Of a stretch of DNA of 32,000 nt, positions 26,080 through 32,000 are shown one piece after another. Below the pieces are notes generated by a model that searched no databases, was not told the DNA's origin, and saw only the letters and a program-made list of their open reading frames with translations. A program made the translations under genes and the position numbers. The stretch lies in contig NZ_CP047931.1 of the NCBI RefSeq assembly GCF_014280175.1, positions 2,010,001 through 2,042,000 on the forward strand, given 5' to 3'. The stretch's first letter is position 1; the number at the start of each line of letters is the position of its first letter. This stretch comes from Synechococcus sp. A15-28 (GTDB lineage: Bacteria; Cyanobacteriota; Cyanobacteriia; PCC-6307; Cyanobiaceae).

Positions 26080-27576
26080 TTGGCGACATCGCTGGAACGG
26101 CAGCGCTGGCTGATGCCACTGCTGCTGTGGTTGCTCACGCTGGTGCTCTGGCTGCCGGGCCTGGGGAACCTGCCGCTGCGCGACTGGGACGAAGGTCGCG
26201 TGGCCACCGTGGCCCGCTCCAGCACCAGCCTGCTGCCAATGAAGTGGCAACAGCCATACCTCAACAAACCCCCGGGTCTTCACGCCCCGATGGGCCGGCT
26301 GATCCGTGCCCAGGGAGAGGATGAAACCCTGGTGCGCTTGCTGCCGGCGCTGCTCTCCACCCTGGCGGTCCCGCTGATTGTGCTGTTGCGGCGGGATCTG
26401 GGGGGCCCTGAACGGCAGCGGCGAGCCCTGCTGGCCGGCGTGGTGTTGATGACCCTTCTGCCCATGGCCCGTCACGGCCGGCTCGCGATGCTGGACGGCA
26501 CCCTCGTGAGTTGCAGCCTGCTGCTGTGGTGGGGCTGGCTTCGCGCCCGTCAGCACCCCCTCAGAGCACTGATCGCCGGGCTCGCTGGTAGTGGCGTGCT
26601 GCTGCTCAAACCACCGGCCCTGCTGGGATTGGCGCTCATCGCCCTCGTCGTTGGCGGCAGCAGCAGCTGGCCGCGCTGGCGCGGCTGGATCGCCCTCGGT
26701 CTGGGACTGCTGCCTGGGCTGAGCTGGCATCTCTGGCACTGGAGTGTGCGCGGCGACGCTGCGCTGCTGATGTGGGGCGGCCAGGGACTGGCGCGTCTCA
26801 CCAGCAGCGTCGGCGATGGCCATGGCTGGTGGACCCCATGGGTGGAGGTGCTGGAGGGAGGCTGGCCCTGGCTGCTGCTGCTACCCATCGGCCTTCACTG
26901 GGCCTGGCGGCACCGTCATCACACCGCAGGACGCTGGGAGCTGGGCCTGCTGATCGGCAGTGCCGCCCTAGTGCTGCCGCTCCGCACCCAGTTGCCCTGG
27001 TACAGCCACCTGCTCTGGCCGCCCCTGGCCCTGCTCTGCGCGGAAGGGCTGGATCAACTGCTGGCCGCCGGCACCCCCCGATGGGTGGGACGGTGCTGGC
27101 AGGGTCTTGGCCTGGCCTTGAGCTTGGCGGGACTAACCACGCTGATCATCCCGGCGCCACAACTGCCCGGCGTCAGCCTGCTACTGGCGGGGTTCGGGCT
27201 GCTGATGGGAGGCCAGGCCATCAGACATCCCCAACCCCGACGCCGCAGGCAGGGACTGGCGATCCTCGTGATCGGCTGGGGCCTGGCGCTGCTGGCCCTC
27301 TGGCACAGCCGCCTGTGGTTGTGGGAACTGAATGAAAGCTGGGATCCACGGCCTGTGGCCGCCCAGGTGCGGGCCCTGCCTGCCGATGCACCCGTCTGGC
27401 TGAAGGGGCCCACCCGGCCATCCCTCGGCTGGTATGCGGGTCGAAACCTGATGCAATACCGCAAGAGTGAACCCCCGCAGGGGCCCCACTGGTTGGTGAG
27501 CAACAAGCCGATGCCGGGCTGCCTGCCGAGCCAGGACCCGACCAGCGGTGCGTGGCAGCTCTGGCGATGCGAATGA
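26080..27576 (+). CDS. GT39 / ArnT-PMT-like (GT-C) membrane glycosyltransferase
   Basis: LPGLGNLPLRDWDEGRVATVAR loop-1 motif after TM1, then about 10 further hydrophobic segments. TTG 26080 has GGAGG 10 nt upstream; ATG 26113 is the alternative. The track start 25984 adds a non-membrane Arg/Ser/Thr-rich leader that I doubt. Confidence 0.75.
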   Translation: MATSLERQRWLMPLLLWLLTLVLWLPGLGNLPLRDWDEGRVATVARSSTSLLPMKWQQPYLNKPPGLHAPMGRLIRAQGEDETLVRLLPALLSTLAVPLIVLLRRDLGGPERQRRALLAGVVLMTLLPMARHGRLAMLDGTLVSCSLLLWWGWLRARQHPLRALIAGLAGSGVLLLKPPALLGLALIALVVGGSSSWPRWRGWIALGLGLLPGLSWHLWHWSVRGDAALLMWGGQGLARLTSSVGDGHGWWTPWVEVLEGGWPWLLLLPIGLHWAWRHRHHTAGRWELGLLIGSAALVLPLRTQLPWYSHLLWPPLALLCAEGLDQLLAAGTPRWVGRCWQGLGLALSLAGLTTLIIPAPQLPGVSLLLAGFGLLMGGQAIRHPQPRRRRQGLAILVIGWGLALLALWHSRLWLWELNESWDPRPVAAQVRALPADAPVWLKGPTRPSLGWYAGRNLMQYRKSEPPQGPHWLVSNKPMPGCLPSQDPTSGAWQLWRCE

Positions 27577-28979
27577 AACCACCCCGTCTGCTCTGGGGCC
27601 TGGCCATCGCCCTCGGGCTGCTCGGCTGGGGCTGCAGCGCCCTTCGCCATGGGCTGCTGCAAAGCAATGCCTATGACCTTGGATTGTTCGATCAGTGGGT
27701 CTGGCTGATCAGTCAGGGGCTGCCACCCATCTCCTCGATGGAGCACGTTCATGTGCTGGCGGATCACGGCGCCTGGCTGCTCTATGGCGCGGGTGCGCTC
27801 TACAAACTGCTGCCGTCGGTGCAGTGGCTGCTGGCGGGGCAGGCCCTGGCCCTGAGCCTCACCGCCATCCCGATCTGGTTGCTGGCCCAGCAGGCCGGGA
27901 TCTCCAGCAAAGGCCGATGGCTGGCCTGCGGGCTGTGGTGGCTGCAGCCCGTGGTCTTCAACGTTGTCCTGTTCGATGTCCACCCGGAGACCTGGGTGAT
28001 GCCAGCCCTCGCCCTGGCGTTCTGGGCCGAACGGGCGGACCGCCCTCGCCTCTGGTTGGTTCTGCTGCTGCTGCTGCTCGGAGCCCGGGATGGGCTGGTG
28101 CTGGTGATCGGGGGGATGGGGCTCGACCTGGCATGGCGCCGGCGCTGGCGCTGGAGTGCCGCTGCTGCCGGCCTGGCGACGGGCTGGTTGCTGCTGCTCA
28201 GCCGCTGGCTCTATCCCTGGCTGCGGGATGGCGAAGGGCCCAAGGCCGCTGCTCGCATGTTCAGTCACCTCAGTGGCGGGCCGATGCAGATCCTGCAGAA
28301 CCTCGACTGGAGCGGAGGTCTTCAGTACCTGCTGCTGCTCTGCCTGCCCTGCCTCTGGCTCTGGCGACGGCAATCGCTGCCGACGCTGCTGATCGGGCTG
28401 CCCCTGGTGCTGGTGAATCTGCTTTCAGCGTCTGCCAGCTACCGCACCCTGGTGCATCACTACAGCCTTCCTCTTGCGGTGGTGGCCGTCATCGCCGCCA
28501 TCGACGGTGGACTGGCGGCGGGCCGACTCCGCCGCGGACCAGCCCTGCCCCTGGTGTGGGCCACAGCCTGCTGGCTGGCCCTGGCCAAACCCTGGTTCTT
28601 CACAGGGCCCTACCTGCAACGTCTGCCCAGCCTCAAAACCACCCAGGCAGCGATCGCCATGGTGCAACCGGATGACGCGGTGCTCAGCACGAGCTATCTG
28701 GTGCCGCAGCTCAGCCAGCGTCAGCGGATCGCGTTTCCCAAAGCCTCGTTCAACCGTGCACTGAGCGAGCAAAGCTGGACGGTGCTGTTGCTCAACCCCA
28801 AGGATCCTGGCTGGGGCTCCAGCAGCAAGGTGCAGCGGCGGCTGATCGATCAGGCTGAAACGAATGGTTGGAGCTGCCGGGACTGGCCCTCGGGCCTGAC
28901 CCTCTGCAGGTCACCTGACCCTGAGCACACGGAACAATTCCATGGCCTCGCATCAGACCCCAGCCCCCCGTCCGGCTGA
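27573..28979 (+). CDS. DUF2079 family integral membrane protein, paralog 2 (shorter, divergent)
   Basis: AYDLGLFDQWVWL after TM1, then ADHGAW, and a multi-TM body with a C-terminal soluble part resembling paralogs 1 and 3 (LVPQLSQRQRIAFP versus LIPHLANREVLIRFP). ATG 27573 overlaps the upstream stop (ATGA). Confidence 0.7.
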   Translation: MKPPRLLWGLAIALGLLGWGCSALRHGLLQSNAYDLGLFDQWVWLISQGLPPISSMEHVHVLADHGAWLLYGAGALYKLLPSVQWLLAGQALALSLTAIPIWLLAQQAGISSKGRWLACGLWWLQPVVFNVVLFDVHPETWVMPALALAFWAERADRPRLWLVLLLLLLGARDGLVLVIGGMGLDLAWRRRWRWSAAAAGLATGWLLLLSRWLYPWLRDGEGPKAAARMFSHLSGGPMQILQNLDWSGGLQYLLLLCLPCLWLWRRQSLPTLLIGLPLVLVNLLSASASYRTLVHHYSLPLAVVAVIAAIDGGLAAGRLRRGPALPLVWATACWLALAKPWFFTGPYLQRLPSLKTTQAAIAMVQPDDAVLSTSYLVPQLSQRQRIAFPKASFNRALSEQSWTVLLLNPKDPGWGSSSKVQRRLIDQAETNGWSCRDWPSGLTLCRSPDPEHTEQFHGLASDPSPPSG

Positions 28980-30570
28980 GTCAGCTCAGCGGCGCGTGCT
29001 TCTGGCCGCCGCCCTGTTCCTGCTGATCGGCTGCGCGTTGCAGTGGTGGCGAATGCAATCCCTCACCGCCTCCATGGACCAGGGCATCCTCATGCAGGTG
29101 CTCTGGAACGGCCTGCGGGGGCACCCCTTCGAGAGCACGCTGTCGTCGCAGCTGTCCACCAACGTCATTCACAGCGGTGAGCTGCCTGCCCTCGGGTACC
29201 ACCGTCTCGGGCAACACTTCACCCCGATCCTGGCGTTATGGATTCCCCTGGTGGGGCTGCTGGGGAAATGGGCTCTGCCCATGCTGCAGGTGGTGCTGAT
29301 CACCGCTGCGGGACTGGTGCTGCACAGGCTTGCGCAACGGGAGCTCAAGCCAGAGCTGGCGGCCATGGTCACCATCGCCTTCTACGGCGCCAACGCAGTG
29401 ATCGCGCCCTGCATGCTCAGCAACTTCACTGATCTCAGTCAGCTGCCGTTGTGTGTGTTTCTGCTGCTGCTGGGGCTGGAACGCCAGCAGCGCTGGCTCA
29501 CCGCAGCAGCCGCTCTGGCCATTCCACTGATCCGGGAGGACACCGGCGTTGTGCTGATGGGAGTGGGGATCTGGCTGGGCCTGCGCCGGAAAGGGCGTTG
29601 GCCGATGGCCGTGACGCTGATCCTGTTCGGTGGCGGATGGGTGGCCCTGTCCACCAACGTTCTGATGCCGCTGTTCAGCGCAGACAACGCTCAGCGGTTC
29701 ATGGTGGAAAACTTCGGTCAGTACCTCGAAGGCCGCGACCAGGCCAGCAGCCTCGAGGTGCTCGGACTGGTGCTGCGCCAGCCCCTGGTTCTGCTGCGCG
29801 AACTGGTATCGCCACCGGGCAACACCATCACGTATCTCCTCGCCCAGGGCATACCGTTGATCCTGGTGCCCTTCATTTCGATCGACAGCTGGCTGTTGAT
29901 GGGTCTCCCCCTGCTGGGGTTGCTGCTGGCCCAGGGCTTCAACAATCCACTGTCCATCAGCATCCGATACACCTACCTGGTGGTGCCTGGCCTGTTTGCA
30001 GGAGCCGTGCTCTGGTGGCGAAACCATCAGAACCTGTTCGAATCTCGCCGTCTGCGACGGATCTGGGCTGGGGCCATTGCCCTGTCCTGTTTCTTCACCG
30101 TGACGGCCAACCCCAATCAGAGTCTGTCCTGGATGATTCCAGACAGCATCCAACCTTGGATCTACAGAGATCCCGTTGCCCAGCTCCGCCATGGCCAGAG
30201 AGCCCTTGATCTGATCAAGACCATTCCGGATCGCAGCACAGTCGCAGCCACCACAGGCCTGATCCCCCACCTGGCCAATCGCGAAGTTCTGATCCGCTTT
30301 CCGTACCACGATCGTTATCAGAACCAGGACGGCCAACCCTTTCCAGTGGATTGGGTTGTGGCCGATCTCCACAACCAGCGCCTGTTCCAGACATTCCGCA
30401 AACAGCGCCGAGGCCTGAAACGCAATCGCCGCAAGCTCGACGACCTCATCCGACAGGGGTATGGCGTTAAGGCATTTGACGATGGCGTTGTGCTGTTGCA
30501 ACGGAAGGGTCAAACCGATGCAGCCGCACAAAAGAAATTCAGAGCGTTTTCTGAATCATTGAATGTCTGA
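28942..30570 (+). CDS. DUF2079 family integral membrane protein, paralog 3
   Basis: Shares long identical blocks with paralog 1: GHPFESTLSSQLSTNVIH, LGQHFTP, IPLIREDTGV, RFMVENFGQYL and PLSI.IRYT.LVVPG. Overlaps the paralog 2 end by 38 nt. Confidence 0.78.
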   Translation: MASHQTPAPRPAESAQRRVLLAAALFLLIGCALQWWRMQSLTASMDQGILMQVLWNGLRGHPFESTLSSQLSTNVIHSGELPALGYHRLGQHFTPILALWIPLVGLLGKWALPMLQVVLITAAGLVLHRLAQRELKPELAAMVTIAFYGANAVIAPCMLSNFTDLSQLPLCVFLLLLGLERQQRWLTAAAALAIPLIREDTGVVLMGVGIWLGLRRKGRWPMAVTLILFGGGWVALSTNVLMPLFSADNAQRFMVENFGQYLEGRDQASSLEVLGLVLRQPLVLLRELVSPPGNTITYLLAQGIPLILVPFISIDSWLLMGLPLLGLLLAQGFNNPLSISIRYTYLVVPGLFAGAVLWWRNHQNLFESRRLRRIWAGAIALSCFFTVTANPNQSLSWMIPDSIQPWIYRDPVAQLRHGQRALDLIKTIPDRSTVAATTGLIPHLANREVLIRFPYHDRYQNQDGQPFPVDWVVADLHNQRLFQTFRKQRRGLKRNRRKLDDLIRQGYGVKAFDDGVVLLQRKGQTDAAAQKKFRAFSESLNV

Positions 30571-30584
30571 GTGGGTCAATCCAA

Positions 30585-30615
30585 TAAAAAAGCCCCCCCG
30601 GGACGGGGAGGCTTT
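30585..30615 (-). terminator. Intrinsic terminator of psbD (possibly bidirectional)
   Basis: Minus strand: AGCCUCCCCG-UCCC-GGGGGGGCU with one mismatch, followed by UUUUUAUU, about 25 nt after the psbD stop. On the plus strand the same hairpin is followed by only a short UUUG. Confidence 0.75.
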
Positions 30616-30639
30616 GAAAAAACAATTTGAACTTCGAAA

Positions 30640-31695
30640 TCAGAGGGCGTTGCCGCGGGGCAGAACCTCTTCAGGGAAGACGAAGTTTTCGTGCGGCTGG
30701 TCAGCCGGTGCCATCCAGGCACGCAGTCCTTCATTAAGAAGGATGTTCTTGGTGTAGAAGGTCTCGAATTCGGGATCTTCTGCAGCGCGGATTTCCTGTG
30801 ACACGAAGTCATAGGCGCGCAGGTTGAGGGCCAGGCCGATGATGCCGATGGAGCTGGTCCACAGGCCCATCACAGGAACGAACAGCATGAAGAAGTGCAG
30901 CCAGCGCTTGTTGGAGAAGGCGATACCGAAGATCTGACTCCAGAAGCGGTTGGCGGTGACCATGGAATAGGTCTCTTCTTCCTGCGTGGGCTCGAACGCC
31001 TTGAAGGTGTTGGCCTGCTCGCCGTCCTCAAACAGGGTGTTTTCCACGGTGGCGCCGTGAATGGCGCAGAGGAGTGCACCGCCGAGGATGCCGGCGACGC
31101 CCATCATGTGGAAGGGGTTCAGGGTCCAGTTATGGAAGCCCTGGAGGAAGAGAAGGAAGCGGAAGATCGCAGCCACACCGAAGGAGGGCGCGAAGAACCA
31201 GCTGCTCTGGCCGAGGGGGTACATCAGAAAGACACTGACGAACACCGCGATCGGACCGGAGAAGGCGATGGCGTTGTAAGGGCGGATGCCGACCAGACGG
31301 GCGATTTCGAACTGACGCAGCATGAAGCCGATCAGCGCGAAGGCGCCGTGCAGGGCCACGAAGGCCCAGAGGCCGCCGAGCTGACACCAGCGAACGAAGT
31401 CACCCTGGGCTTCAGGGCCCCAGAGCAGCAGGAGGCTGTGACCCATCGCATCAGCGGGGGTGGACACAGCGGCGGTGAGGAAGTTGCAACCTTCCAGGTA
31501 CGAGGAGGCGATGCCGTGGGTGTACCAGGAGGTGACAAAGGTGGTGCCTGTGAGCCAGCCACCGATGGCCAGATAGGCCGTGGGGAAGAGAAGAATGCCG
31601 GACCAGCCGACAAAAACGAAGCGGTCGCGCTTGAGCCAGTCATCGAGGATGTCAAACCATCCCCGCTGAGGCGCGCGTCCTACAGCGATCGTCAT
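30640..31695 (-). CDS. psbD: Photosystem II D2 reaction-centre protein
   Basis: 351 aa running [38 protein letters not shown] ... [12 protein letters not shown], essentially invariant D2 sequence. Confidence 0.98.
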   Translation of the reverse strand: MTIAVGRAPQRGWFDILDDWLKRDRFVFVGWSGILLFPTAYLAIGGWLTGTTFVTSWYTHGIASSYLEGCNFLTAAVSTPADAMGHSLLLLWGPEAQGDFVRWCQLGGLWAFVALHGAFALIGFMLRQFEIARLVGIRPYNAIAFSGPIAVFVSVFLMYPLGQSSWFFAPSFGVAAIFRFLLFLQGFHNWTLNPFHMMGVAGILGGALLCAIHGATVENTLFEDGEQANTFKAFEPTQEEETYSMVTANRFWSQIFGIAFSNKRWLHFFMLFVPVMGLWTSSIGIIGLALNLRAYDFVSQEIRAAEDPEFETFYTKNILLNEGLRAWMAPADQPHENFVFPEEVLPRGNAL

Positions 31696-31859
31696 GAGAA
31701 AGGCGCTTCATGAAGCGTTACACCACGAGCTTAGGTGGTGTTTTCCGTCCTGGAGCAAGAAATCCGAACCAGAGCGAAACGATGGGTAGAAATGCTCAGG
31801 CCTGAACAGTCAGGGGCGCTGCCGAGCCGCGAGAATATCCATAGTGTGAACCAAAAGCC

Positions 31860-32000
31860 GTGTACGTCATCGAACTGGCCCTGCGCATGAGCCCCGTCCC
31901 GGTGTCGGTGCAACGCAAGGAGGCCGAGGCCGCTGAAACCCTGTACCAGCAGATCCGGCAAGCCCTGGAAAGCGGTCAACCGCGCCTGCTGGAACTCACC
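31860..32000 (+). CDS. 5' end of a conserved hypothetical protein, running off the window
   Basis: GTG 31860 opens a frame reading [47 protein letters not shown] with no stop before the window edge. The composition is protein-like, unlike the opposite-strand ORF 31731..31979. It resembles small conserved picocyanobacterial proteins I vaguely recall; no family name. Confidence 0.45.
   Translation, partial: MYVIELALRMSPVPVSVQRKEAEAAETLYQQIRQALESGQPRLLELT

Noticed and set aside
30895-31713. 272-aa plus-strand ORF
   Set aside because: It is an antisense shadow of psbD.
1-32000. CRISPR arrays, tRNA/rRNA genes, transposases, integrases and phage genes
   Set aside because: I saw no regularly spaced repeats, cloverleaf-like intergenic sequences, or recombinase-like ORFs in the track or the sequence. 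The only repeats are the porin-array duplications described above.

Overview
This is a high-GC chromosomal segment whose gene content and protein sequences look like a marine picocyanobacterium (Synechococcus-like). Recognisable core genes are psbD, ndhO, crtQ, hemD, rbfA, cysK, nagZ and an IscA/HesB-family gene, and many have 1-4 nt start/stop overlaps. Three parts stand out. (1) An AT-rich islet at about 336-1780 carries a lone DUF2252 gene. (2) A minus-strand array of four tandem SLH/OprB-type outer-membrane porin genes spans 16.5-24.0 kb. It contains a near-identical conversion tract, a decayed fifth porin, and a 94-aa basic insertion unique to porin 1. (3) An envelope cluster at 24.2-30.6 kb holds three DUF2079 membrane-protein paralogs interleaved with a GT39 (ArnT/PMT-like) glycosyltransferase. 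The most interesting signal is in the porin array. Directly after the stop codons of porins 2 and 3 sit two copies of a Yfr1-like RNA module: a UUCG hairpin, an unpaired UCCUCACAC, and a GC hairpin with U-tract. The unpaired motif is complementary over 11-12 nt to a GUGUGAGGA box covering the Shine-Dalgarno of porins 2, 3 and 4, but not porin 1. I saw no tRNA, rRNA, CRISPR array, transposase or integrase. All family calls come from motif recognition by eye, not from searches.
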